The notes below the pieces were generated by a model that worked only from the letters and a program-made list of their open reading frames with translations, made no database searches and was not told the origin of the DNA. From positions 1,449,500 to 1,513,499 of the forward strand of contig CM082587.2 in assembly GCA_040954595.2 (NCBI GenBank): a stretch of DNA of 64,000 nucleotides. Reading direction: 5' to 3'. How positions within the stretch are numbered: position 1 is the first letter of the stretch; each line of letters starts with the position of its first letter. Of the stretch, positions 12,101 to 24,960 are shown one piece after another. Both the position numbers and the translations under genes were made by a program. This DNA comes from Balanoglossus misakiensis. Lineage: Eukaryota; Animalia; Hemichordata.

Positions 12101-15100
12101 AGAGGTAATACTCCATTTCATATCTCCTTATCTGAATGGTTCTTCAAGAGATTTGTGAAGAAGTTTTTAGTTCAATGCCCACCATAATGTATATTTCTAT
12201 TCCTTTCTTTGTCTAACCAGCGGGACCAACTAGAATTGAAAGTAGAAGAATCAAGGCAGCACCTGAATGACATCAAATCAACATGGAGCGCCAAAATAAA
12301 CAGTTTAGAACAACAGGTATGCTGCAGACATGTAAAAAAAGAACATGATTTATGGAAAAACCTGTCAGACTGTTTACACTGTTTATCTGAATTTAATGTT
12401 CAATATGTTAGTGATTGTGAAACCACCATTTTGCATGATATCTTCCAGATATCACACCTAACTGCCAAAATCAGTGAAGACAGCGAGGAGCTTGAGAGCA
12501 GCAAGCAGAATACACAGTCTATGAGAGAAAAATTTGAGAAACAAATCGAAGATCTGAAAGTCCAACTGAAAGCAGCTGAAGACAGAGCTTTGAAAAATCT
12601 GGAAGTGATGCATGACAGGGAATCGAAGTTTGATGTACAGGTGAGAAACAGACTGTTTTGAGGTGACTCGTATTCCATCAGGTAAATAGCTGTATGCTGT
12701 TGCCCTTATCGTCAGACAATGTACTGTCACATGGGTCTGGTAAACACTGCAATGTCTCCTTGTGTCACCAGAAAGCACAGCTGGAAGTAGAGCTCCAGAA
12801 ATCAAGGCAACAGACGGAGGAAGCCAAGCAACAAGCCGGAGAATCCAGGCAACATCTACAGGATAAGATCAATGCTTTAGAGAGTCAAATCGTAGCATTG
12901 GAAACTGCCAAAGAGCTAGAAAAAAGTACTGCCCAGCAGAGAATTGTAAGTCTGAAATCTATACTGCTGATGAGTGATACATGTAGCTGTCCTCAAAATT
13001 ATCCTAAATGAATGAGACAGACTTTCTGGAAAACAGCTCTGTGGCATGTCTTCTTCTTGCATGTAGTATCTTAATACCAAGGTTGTTGTATTTTGTTTTT
13101 TCCAGTCTCAGTTAGAAAACAGTCAGACAGAATACCTGGAGAAAGAAATTGAACATGAGAAACACATGACCAGGGTGGAAGAAGAGGTCCAGAGGTTAAA
13201 GGTCAGTGAAGAGTTCAAAGTTCATTTCATGGTGAAGTAATATTCACGTTTGATATTGAAGATAAATCTGATTTGATTATTTTTATCACAGGAACAACTG
13301 AGACAGAAAGAAAACGATCATAGTGAACTCAAGAAAACATTGCAAGATGTTCGGACCAGGGCAGCTGACTTTGAAAGTGAAGTGAGTATATTTATTGGTC
13401 GTTTGCTATTCGTCAGCCATTACTATCAAACCACAATGGCTTTATGCAGGTCATATGTGGTCTTCACAACACTAATATCTGATACTCATTTCATGTAACA
13501 GACTGCAGCTGAAATCCCAGCTCTAACTGCCAAACTAGAAGACGCACAGCACCAGATGGCTACCATCGCAGCTCAACTGGAGGAAAGCAACAACGGTAAC
13601 ACAAACATTTAACATTTCTCAGATGCCCAAACTCATGAGTTTCTAAGCCACAGCTTTTAAAATCCTAACATCTGTCATACCTCCACAGAGAATGATCAGC
13701 TGAAGGCCAAAAACAAACATTTGATGACAGAAATAGAGTCATTGATCGATAAATCAGCAACAGTACATAGTGAGGCACAGAAACTGCAAAATGCCAAATC
13801 AGAAGTGTTGGATCAGTTGCAAAGAAAACTGAAAGACACAGAAGAGGAACTTGAACATTGTCAGGACAAGGTGAGTTGCCAGCAACATAGCAATTGCACA
13901 TGTGGGTTGTGTTGTAAAGTTATGATACTGAGCATTTCTTTGAGCTTTAGTTTATACACAGAACAAAAAATACTGAAAATGTTTAGCAAGTGAACCTTTA
14001 ATGGGGGCATTCACTGTATATGAGCGACCCTATTTTTGATGATATGATTTTCTGTTTCTGTTTTTCATCAGATAAAGGAAACTGAGGAGGAGAAGGAAAA
14101 AATACAGTTCATTCAAAGAAGTACAAGTATACATGATGGGGAACTGGAGGACTCGGAGGTATTCTTTACAGTTTAATTCATGTTTGTACCTCACCTGCAC
14201 CTGACAGTGAATGGTTGACTTTTTACCCACAATGCAAGTCGGTATCCTGACTTTAGCGCCATTAGCATGAAGTAAATGCTTATAGAGTGATAATTCTTAA
14301 CAAGTCAATGTTGCTGATGCAGGTCGCTCAGCTGAGGAAGATGGTTGATGAAATGATGGACCAACTGGCAGAGAAAAATAAGACAATCAAAATGCAACAG
14401 CAAAGGTTGTCAGACTTGAAGAAGACTTTGCAACGAGAACTGGTAGGGACTGACTGTTATTTGTGCCATGCTTGTGTTTATTATTTTTTATGTTCTGCAG
14501 ATTGAGAATTCTCTCTTCATATGAGAATCATTTCCTCTTTTTGAATGTGGGACGCTGATATGTTTACAGAAAGTGCAGACAAACTCTGACATGGATGGAT
14601 TGGACGTGAAAGAGAAAGAAAAAGATGTCATTCCGAGGTCATCCTCTATACCAGTAGGTATGAATCAGACGCAACAGTCATCAGCATTGGTACCACCTGG
14701 CCATACCCGTACTCTCTCTCCTTTCAAGTTTGATGAACTCCGAGAAACTAATTTCCAGTACCTGCGTTATGTGATATTTAAGTTTATGTGCAGTACAGAC
14801 CCAGAGGTAAGCATTAAAGTCTCTCTCTCTCTATTTCACACTATTTGACATACAACTCAAAGAGCTGTATATTATAATGTATGCTGACCATGATCACTTC
14901 TGCTTTTAATAAACTTGGACATTTTATCTGTGTACAGGCCTTTCAGCTGATTAAAGCCATATCCACTTTACTCCACTTCACAAAACAAGAAGAAAGGCTA
15001 GTCAAAGAAACAGTTGAATGGAAGGTGAGTAGTTGTTTACACATACAGCGAACAGAATTCCAACTGCTGAATACTACATTGTAAGTATGTGACTCTACAG

Positions 15101-15226
15101 ACTCTGAAGGTATGTCATAGTGGAACATATCATATGTACATGTATATTGTTTGTTTACCCTCACAGATGTCATGGTTTGGAAGCAAGCCCACTCCGGCGA
15201 GACCCCTCAACATGTCTTACAGATGA
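9181..15226 (+). CDS. GOLGA1: Golgin-97 (coiled coil + C-terminal GRIP domain), multi-exon
   Basis: Starts MFAKLKQKLVE (golgin-97 starts MFAKLKKKI). Many coiled-coil exons with GT-AG ends. GRIP domain ETNFQYLRYVIFKFM..EAFQLIKAISTLLHFT..EWK|MSWFGSKP; last exon 15167-15226 ends in TGA. Confidence 0.93.
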
Positions 15227-16516
15227 AAACCACATGGAAACTGAGAACAGAATGAATATAGATTGCTTTGTACATTCATGTATTCCTGTACTGCACGGTC
15301 CATCATACAAGATTGCCTCCCGGGTTAAAATGGCAGGTGTCAATGGGAAAGCTTTGTGTGTATCCGGATGTATCCCAGAAGAGGAGTCCAAATGTTTGTG
15401 TTAGATGATCCGTTGGACTGATCAGATTGCGGGTGGATCAGCCAACAATTCCTACACTGTACATGTACACACATTTTTTGAATGAATGCAGGAACCATCT
15501 GAAGTGGCAATCACAAAGTTGACCCACTGTGTACAGTCTCATCAACTTTTCCTGCCCAGGAATTTGAGTGGTACACTGCTAGCTGATGGTATGCAAGATC
15601 TGCTGTGGGGTCCCATGACATTCTGCTGTTTTCGCATACAGTTCCCATCATGATTTAGTAAAATGCCAATCATAATTTATTGCTAGTGGTAATCAAATAA
15701 TTTCTGTATCAATAAAGGTGTGCATGTCATATGATAAAATTTTATTACAAGTTACGTGCATGTGATATATGTTTTCTGTCTCTGACAGGAATAGTTCTCT
15801 GTTTTTTGTTTTAACAGGGGAAAAATAATTTTAGGGGTAGAAGGTAGTTTTTGCAATCCTCGGAGACAGCTGATTCCTTTCCCTCATGTTTTTATTATTA
15901 CCTGTATAGTGGTCGAGATTCCATGGAAAACAATGGAATTAGACCAAACTACTGTTGTGAAAGGGTAGAACCAGTTACTGACTATGAGTGATAACAGTGT
16001 AATTTCTAAAATAGCGTGAATATTTCGGTCAAAAGGGTAATGCAAATAAAATCAATTTTAAGAGAAAAATGAGTATGTTCTTGTGCATTTTTATTGTTTA
16101 AAAAGTAATGTTTTGTTGCAGCAAATCCATGGTGGAATTTTACCTCTTTCCAATGAAATAGACACGACTGTTAATTAATGTTATATCTTAATTTAAAATG
16201 TGTTCTTTGCACTTTGTATCGATGACCCGGTCCATTAATATAAGTGGTCCATGTTTTTCAAATTTTGAATTCATTTTGATTTTCAATTCATGGCTGGTGT
16301 AGTGGACTAATGATATGGAATTTGTACTCCCGATCAAACAAGCACTGACCCACTGACATGAATTGGTTGTGACCTTAGATACCCAAAGTACGTGACACAG
16401 ACAGGTTAAGGGTTTAACACGTGACAATTAAATCATACAGTACATGGACCGCATAACCCAGGGTTACATTTTAGGGATCAGGCCAAAGTGTATGTACATG
16501 CAGAAGAAGCAACATC

Positions 16517-18292
16517 ATGTATTCTTCAACAACCATCAACCCGGCCGAATTCAAAAGTATCCAATACACAACCAAAGATAAAGTAGCATATATTACCTTG
16601 AACAGACCACACGTTCTCAATGGTGAGTAACTTATGAGGTTAGTCATGATCCACTGATGCATTTTTGACTTTTAAGTTGAGGAAACCAATATGACGGCAT
16701 ATTTTTTCTTAATCCATAGCTATTGATGCACACGTGCCTATTGAGCTATACCAATCTGTGCTGTTGGCTAACAATGATAATGATGTGAAAGTGATCGTGT
16801 TGGCTGGGAATGGGAAAGCTTTTTCGTCGGGATATGATTTGAAACAATATGCTGAAGGAGCAACAGCAGAGGGGGGTTCAAAAGGTGAGTTGGACTAATG
16901 CGTTTTTTTTAAAACTATGTTCTGCATCTCACATTTCTTGACAGTTTCTTATGGTGAGTAATGATGAATTTCACCCTGATGCGTCGCTAACATATATAGA
17001 TATTTTGAGTGGTGAATCTTTGAACGTATATGACTTCTATTCTATCAACCAATAGGCAGTGATGGAATGCCGTGGGATCCGTACATCGATTACAAGTCTG
17101 TGGGTGCACACTACACAGACGCATTCATGTCTTTATGGAAGAGTTATAAACCAACAATCTGTAAAATACATGGCTATGCTGTAGCTGGTGGAATTGAGAT
17201 AGCACTGTGTTGCGATATTATTATTGTGGGTGAAAATGCAAAGATTGGGTGTCCACCTGCAAGGTAAGTGTGGTCATAATCAGCGTGTGGTAGATTTTCA
17301 CCAAAGTTTTCTTGGGATGACAAACAGGGACTTGACTATATACGAATGATTGAGTAAAGAAGTTTCATCAATAAAGATGTGCCAAACATAATTTTTGTAT
17401 TGGATACAGGGTGTGGGGTTGTTCAACCACAGCCATGTGGGTCTACAAACTTGGAGCGGAGAAAGCAAAGAGAATGTTATTTACTGGTGATCTGATAGAT
17501 GGCAAAGAAGCTGCCAGACTTGGACTTGTACTAAAGGTACATGTATGCTTTGTTGATGCTTGATTCTCGTGATCTCCGTTAACGGAAGAGGTGTAGAAAA
17601 GGCTTCATATATTTGGTGTTGTAAAATGTTTAAAATTAGATCATGTTATATTTGACTGTTGCAGGCAGTTCCAGAGTCGCAATTGGATGATGAGGTCAAC
17701 AAACTGGCAAAGAGAATGGTGAATGTTCCTTCCAATCAACTCTTCTTTCAAAAACAAGTCATCAATCAGGTAGGATTAATCAGTTATTGGGAAGTAATTC
17801 ATTTTTCTCAGTTTAGCAGTTTTCGATGCGACAGGCTGTGGATAGTCTTCACAAAAGTTAATTACATGATGTAATAAACTGTTTAGTATAATCCTGTTGA
17901 ACCTTTAATTTTCTTTCTGAAGGCCATAGAACACATGGGATTGGCATCAACCCAGAGACTTGCAACATTTTTTGACGGCATGGCAAGACACAGTCCAGAA
18001 GGAATATTATTCCAGCAAAGAGCTGCTGAAGTGGGCTTCAAAAAAGCTGTTTTAGAGAGAGATTCTGGAGTATGTAGACATCCGACGATTGTGGTATAGT
18101 TTGCTGCTTCAGGGTTTAAATGTCCTATGGCTTCTACCCGTAACATGAAGGGGTTTTGAATTGACTTGTGGTTGTTTGAGCACAGTGTTAATAGCAGGAT
18201 GATTTTTGCATGTGCACTAGAGGTTTTAATCCATGTTTCATTCTCAATTTCAGGATGAAGCTCCATGGTCAAATCTGAATTCCAAACTGTGA
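16517..18292 (+). CDS. Enoyl-CoA hydratase/crotonase-family protein with C-terminal PTS1 (-SKL), 7 exons
   Basis: Exons ~16517-16622, 16720-16884, 17056-17263, 17410-17536, 17665-17769, 17923-18069 and 18254-18292 splice in frame: VAYITLNRPHVLNAI, AFSSGYDL, KPTICKIHGYAVAGGIEIALCCD, AKRMLFTGDLIDG, ending NLNSKL*. The start codon is uncertain because an upstream exon is possible. Confidence 0.88.
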
Positions 18293-18845
18293 TAAGGGGT
18301 CATAGATTGTCACTCACAGTCCCTCTATTACACTTTTGCCTACAAAGGAAAATAAAATTCAAATACCATGTAAATACGTATGTGTGTACGTATTGAGTTT
18401 GTTTTTACAGATTTGAGACCAAGACCGGGTAATAAGGACAACTTCCATTCAAAGCATCATGCAATGTTTTGATAGATAGTACATTTAGAAGAAAAATACA
18501 ACTGGCACGGTAACGGTGTTAAACTTGGTCCAAGGTTAGCAAACCACTTTAATTCTCTGCTTCATACTCATTGATCTGTTACAATGAAGAAGTTCACAGT
18601 GGCAGTTTGATATAGAATTGACAAACAAAATATACATTGACTCTGGGTAGCATATCAGAATTTTTCTCAGAATAATTATTTATAACTTAGTTTGCTTTTG
18701 ATCAGACATAACTTTAGCAAGAGAATGTTTGTGACCATGTGAAAACGAAACAACTTATCGGTAGTGTCATTTGCTGTATACTTTTTTCAAGGGTATTTTG
18801 TATAATTGCTAGTTTTTGTGCGACGTGCTCCAGTTTACTGATGTA

Positions 18846-20411
18846 TCACACAATATTGGAGGCATCAGTTCTTCGACTGTACAGTAACTCCCATCTCCTG
18901 ATTGTGCAGTAACACAAAAACTTCAGGAAATTTTTCACAACTCCCTCATTGAAAGGGTTATCCTCCGTGTCAAGATCTTTCAGATAGTGGATCCTCTGCC
19001 GAGACATAAATTCCCAAGTTGTGGTGTTCGTGGCAATCAGGAAACTATGGCAACCCAGCAAAAGTCCAGTGACCAGTAGCCCGAACAGCAAAATGCAAAA
19101 TATTATAATTAACGGGATATTGTAGCCAAACCAATCACTCCAGTGTTGCTGGTATCGAAATGCCCTCCTGCAAGATAAAAAAAGAGAGAATATTTTGTTA
19201 ATATTTAAGAATATGCCACCTGGACAAAGAAACGTGTCCAGAATTTGAATTGAAAGAATTCTGTGATTAAAAAACATAATAGAGGCATACCATGTTATTG
19301 CTGTAGACCAAACGACAACTGCACACTCCGTTAGAAGAAACAGCCAGAAATATCGATGGTTACGCTCTCCAACACAATTGTCAAGCCATGGACAGTGATG
19401 GTCAAAGCGACGAACACATTTGCCACAATCTCGACAGTGTCTCACACGCATGGGTTGCTGCAAATCAAGCATTACCAAGAAATTAGACGCTAGAAGTTGA
19501 CTTTCAAATCTCAGCCTCTCAAGATAAATTACATATAGAATGGGTACAACTCTTGCTAGATTTGGTGAAAATACACAAATGAAATTTTGCGTCTGTGAAT
19601 AGGTAAATTGTTATTAAGCACAATAATCTTCAAGGAAACTGGTTGACACTCACAAAAATTTTACAGTAGGAACATCTTTTTGGTGGGACCTTGGTTGGTG
19701 AATCCAACATTTTGCACACTTCAGAAGTATTGGTGACGTCTTCGGCATCTGAGCTGTCCGTGTCGTGATGTTCAACATCACGAGGCTTGGAGTTTTTGGA
19801 TGTCTGATAATGCAAGGAGAAATTATGTGACAAGTAAAGTATGTGATCACTCAATATCTTGCAGTTCAATCTTCAATCAGTAAAATGGCTTATAACAACC
19901 CGGACTTATATATCATGGTTCAAATTTCATTTTCGTGAAGATCACATAGTCATAGATTGATGCCACACTCTTTAATACATGAAGAGGCACAAAACAGTTA
20001 CTAGGGGTCAATTGTTTGCACCTATAGAAATACCCTGGGCAAAGTACTTGCCCCTTTAAATTACCTGAACATCATCCTTGTAGACATATCCTGGATTAAT
20101 GAGACTGGCAATGAAGTACAGAATGACAGGAACTGCAATGCACGCAAGGTACAATACAGGGATGAAGTAGTCCCCTGTCTTCACAGCTTGGCTTATGTCT
20201 GTTGGAGAAAAAATAAAACAATACTTGATGTGTGAACTCAATGTGATGAAATGACATCTTCCATTGACTGCCTATGCAAGTACATGTACTTACCACTCTC
20301 TTTCAAGAATAACACAATAACCACGGCCAGAGTGAGACCAGTGTGTATCGACCTGATGAATATACCCGTGGCTATATCCCACAACAATTTTCCTTTCGTC
20401 CCCGTCTGCAT
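18846..20411 (-). CDS. ZDHHC12: Palmitoyltransferase ZDHHC12
   Basis: First exon MQTG...[24 protein letters not shown], then [12 protein letters not shown], the cysteine-rich domain CSYCKIF|[34 protein letters not shown], and TTWEF and NPFNEG motifs, all typical of ZDHHC12. Confidence 0.9.
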
Positions 20412-21006
20412 TCTTGAGTGAAATCAGTCAGTGAAATATTCCCGGAAGTAGTTGTGTTCAGTGGTTGTTATTGTTATGATGCGCATCGATCGCACTTGCA
20501 TACTCATCATGTGTGCGGCGACTTCATCTCGAAAAAATATGGATCGTTGACAGTTACTGCTCTTGGCCAAAGAATTTAACAATTTATAGTTATGGCTAGT
20601 CCCAATCAAACACACCACGAATGGTAAAATGAACAGAAAGAGATCCAGATCGCCTTCTAGATACAGTTCTCTGCGCGCTGTGCTACACGTAAGAAAAATC
20701 TCGACAAATCTCGTTGCGGTCTTGTATCATGCGGGATTTGATATTTCATAGAACAAAGTATTACTATCATATATCTTAATTATTAACAACTTTGACCAAA
20801 ATTTCGAGTATCTTGTGTGTCTTAAATTTAATTATAACATTATTGTATATATTTATCTTATATTTCTTCTCAGTTATTACACGTATACAAAGGGAATCTT
20901 GTACTAAAATTACAAAGCATTTTAATAACAGCTGTTTCCTGTTTCACAACTTCCTATCCGGTACCCATGTGTACGTGTGTTGGCCAGAATACAGCTGTAA
21001 AGAAAA

Positions 21007-24000
21007 ATGGGACGGTCTGTAGTCGCGGAAGAAAATATACAGTCGTATATTGAGAGCTTGTTTGGTAGTCCCCGATGGCTTGTCGGACTGATAATCGGTC
21101 AGGTAAGCATCTGTATTTTCCCCAGTGATGGAAGACCGTGCGTTTGTAGCTACATCATGTACATTTCATATGAACCAGGACGAATAAATCGTGAGATCTA
21201 TCGATCCTTACTGCAGGTCTACCACTCGCTTGGTCGTTTGTTATTTGTGCCCCGACGCAAACAGCCAAGGTAGTGGTAGAACCACGGAAATTGTACATTA
21301 AAATCTTATTATTTATGTATATTGCTAGGCAACCAGGTATCAGTTTATTGGGGGGGGGGGGGTGATTATTACACGTGTGTATCACTGTATTGCTGATACA
21401 TTGTAACCATATGGGAAAATGATCAGCTATCATGTCAATCTCTCAGTCATTTACATGTAGTGTAAGATCAAACGTATTACTGTTTAATTTATATGAAGCT
21501 CCCACATCAGAGCAAATGACTATAATATTTAAAATTTAGTTTGTTTTTATAATTTTGTAGAACAGTTTACAGAAAGACTTTGCTGTCCAGTTTATAAGAA
21601 CACCACTGTTAGATGAAGATGCCACTGAAGAAGATAACAAATCAAAGAAGGCAAAAAGCAAACCGACACTTGACACTGTGGATGAACAGTGGGTAGCAGA
21701 ACATGCTAGACAGGTAAAGTGAGCCAAGTTGCCTATGGCAACAGAGATTCAGGCACATTCCATATACTGTCCAAAACTCAAGAAGGGCGCCACTTTATAC
21801 ATCAGTTCCACTGCTTGAAGACTTTGCCTGGTATTGTGCAGAGGTAAGCTTTTAGTTGTATTAAAGTTGTGGTAAATTATTATTTTCCAGGTTTGCAGAA
21901 TGTTGCCAGGCGCTATTTCAGTTATTGGTGTATTTGCTCTTGCACATCCTGATATGATGAACAAATCTCAAGCCAAGCTGAGGCAAATAATGTTTGAAGT
22001 GAGGAAAACTATGAAGAAGACAGAAATTCTTCAGAAAGAGGACCAGGCGACTGAGAGAATACTGCTTCAGATTTGTGCAGTGACGAGGAAGTATCCTTCA
22101 TTAATTTCTTGTATTCTTATGCATTTTGAGCAATCACAGTAAACATATTGTTTGTGAGGGTAATCTTGTTAAAGCTTAAAGTAAGCAGAGTAAATAAATG
22201 GGTTTTTGTTTCAAGAAGTTACCAAGGTACATCATGATGAAACTAACTACATGTATTTTCCTAAGTGGTATTTGTCACAGAACTGTTTGCAGAAGTATTG
22301 ATGTGTCAGACCCAAAGGTGAGTAATCAGAATTTAAAGTAAACACAATTTCTTTTGATAATCAATTAATTTATGCATTGAATCAGTCATGGGGAGGGGGA
22401 AGAATATCACAAAAATGTAAAGATGAAAACATACCAATAATTGTATACAAATCACCATTTATTCCAGAGTTCTTTTAGACCAGCAGATTGGAAATATCAG
22501 TCCTTTGTAAATAGATGGGCTTCACTCCAATGCAGACTGTCAGTGAATCTCAGGATACCGGTAACAAAGTCGGTGTCAAGCAAAAGTAGTTTTCAGAAAC
22601 AAATCCTGGTAAGTCAGTTCTTGAAAAATATTTAGAAATATTCCAGTTCATGTATGGCGTCTACTTCATTATCTCTCTGTTAAGGGTGTGACATATATTA
22701 TAAACCTATACTTCAAAACCTATTATATTTTTCAATTCTTGTTTCAGAACGGTTTACAGCCTTGGTGTAGAAAAGTGTCTGATTCGCTGACAACTGTGGG
22801 TGGTAAACTTCGAAAGCCAAATGAGCAGCTAGACACCACACAGACTCATAAGGTAAAAGTTCACAAAACTTTTCTAAAGTTCAGGAGATTTGCATGTCAT
22901 TCGATGTTACAAAATTGTCATGTATAGATAATGCAAACTTAAACAGTACACCCAGTGAACTTATTGGAAAGTTCTATTTTTCAGTCTGTACATATTCTCC
23001 CTCGATTTAAAAATTGGAGGGAATATTCGAGTGGGCACTAAATTTTTGTCTTACTTTCATATTTTTGTCTACAGAAAAAGGGTGGTTCCAGCAGTTCAGC
23101 AGCATCACAGACTTTTGGCGTTCAACTTTTATCACAGTTTGTAAGTAACATTGATGTGTTCAAAGTGATTTCACTCAGAAGTGTGTAAAAGCAAATGGCT
23201 ACTTCCCTTTTAAGGATTTACAGCGATTTAAATGTTATTGTCCTTTATTGCAGGATTCTCATAGTAATGGTGTTGTTAGGAAAGAGTGCACATCACAGAT
23301 TATATTAAGAGGAACCATTCATGGCATGGCATTCGTCAACAACAAAGCTACTGTTGGAGAAGCAACTCAGGTAATGAACAATTCAAAACTGGCTTCAGAA
23401 GACTATCATGAATAGCATATGTGTTTAAATATTAATGAATGAAATCTGACAAAATGTAGCAAGGAAAATTGAAAATAAGATGTTTTGTATACCATCATGG
23501 ATATTTTGAAACATTCTAAGACATGACTTCATTTACTATTCCAGTTTATAAAAGAAGATCTCATCAACAGTCTTCAGTCAAGGTGTGAGTTGCTTTGTGA
23601 AGATTTACAACAGTGTGAAGAAGGTTAGTATCTGCAAGTTATTTCTTACAAGTTTCTAAGAAACTTGCCAGAAACGTGTCAAAAACAGTAACTGCCATAT
23701 ATTGTTGTCTTCTTCAGATATTCCAGAGGTCAGCATATTGCCGCGGAGGGTTTGCATGGCATTACCAGACATTCCAATCAACATCAGTGATTACATGTTT
23801 CAGGACGAGGCAGTACAGGACTCACTGGATAGATTTTCTGAATTGATGGGTCTACAACTCACAGAGGATCAAATACAAACTGATCTAGAAACTCTGCCTG
23901 GTTAGTATAATGAAAATGCATTACGTTATGAAGTTGGATTCTTAGTAGAATATTAACCTACTTTCATATGATATGGTTATAAATATGAATATTCTATGTG

Positions 24001-24362
24001 TAATTGACATATGACAATATTTGTTCTTTTCAGAACAAACAGATTTAGATACACCTCGAGAGACATATTCATTAAAAGCAGAAGGGATTAACGGACAAGA
24101 GGAAGAGACAGAGAAGGGGAAAAGCAAATCCCAGTACCTGAGTGAGTATTGTGTCACAACTTGTACCAGGTTAATCTTTGCAAGTTCACAAGAGTCACTA
24201 AGCAATTCTTTGCTGACAGCAAACAGTGTCAGTATCACTATAGTGGAACACTTTACACTAAGCATTATACATATATTCTCATTTTCAGATATTGCTGTTA
24301 GTGCAGCTGGGGCTGTGTTGGCAGCAGTCTTATCATACTTACTTCTCGGACAGGAGAGCTAG
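21007..24362 (+). CDS. ODR4: ODR-4 homolog (tail-anchored ER protein, GPCR maturation factor)
   Basis: MGRSVVAEE..LVGLIIGQ, WVAEHARQVCRMLPGAISVIGVF, DPKSSFRPADWKYQ, IKEDLINSLQSRCELLCEDL, LPRRV and a C-terminal TM segment IAVSAAGAVLAAVLSYLLL. Confidence 0.92.
22091..22280 (+). other. U12-type (minor spliceosome) GT-AG intron in ODR4
   Basis: 5' splice site GTATCCTT; branch-like TTTTCCTAAG about 15 nt before the CAG at 22280. Splicing restores the frame TRK|TVCRSIDVSDPK. Confidence 0.8.
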
Positions 24363-24960
24363 CTGCTGGTGTTGATTGGATGATATACAGCGACTGTGGA
24401 TCTGGCGTAGAGGGCAGTCTAATCTACTGAGACTACTTCACATCAGCAAGTCCATCTTCCCTTGCCGGATTGATAATGCTTGTGGCGGACATCATGACAT
24501 GTGCAATCAACATTTAAGCCTTTGTACCTGATGGTGAACTATGACCTCATCCACTTTTTGGGGTCAATATGTAAGATGTTAACATGAGGGCATAATAATT
24601 CTATGTCATACTGTGTGGATATAAACCTCCGAGATATGAAACATTCAAATAATATTCTCTAATTGTATTTATTTATTTCTTCATCATCATACTGACAAAC
24701 ACTAATTCAAGCAACCACTCTATGAATTTCAATGGAAACTACTTTATAATAGAATAAAGGCAAATGTGATCAACAACTACTTGTTTTTACCAGTCTGTCA
24801 GTATACACTTCACAAAATCACAAGAAGTATCATCATAAAATACAATTATTTTCTTATAAAAAGGGTGTCCAGCACCTTGATGTCTCTCAGAACATTTGGT
24901 TGGGTTTAGATAAGTTTCACTGTATTGCACTCAGTGTTTTAAGTAAAAATATGAGAGAAC

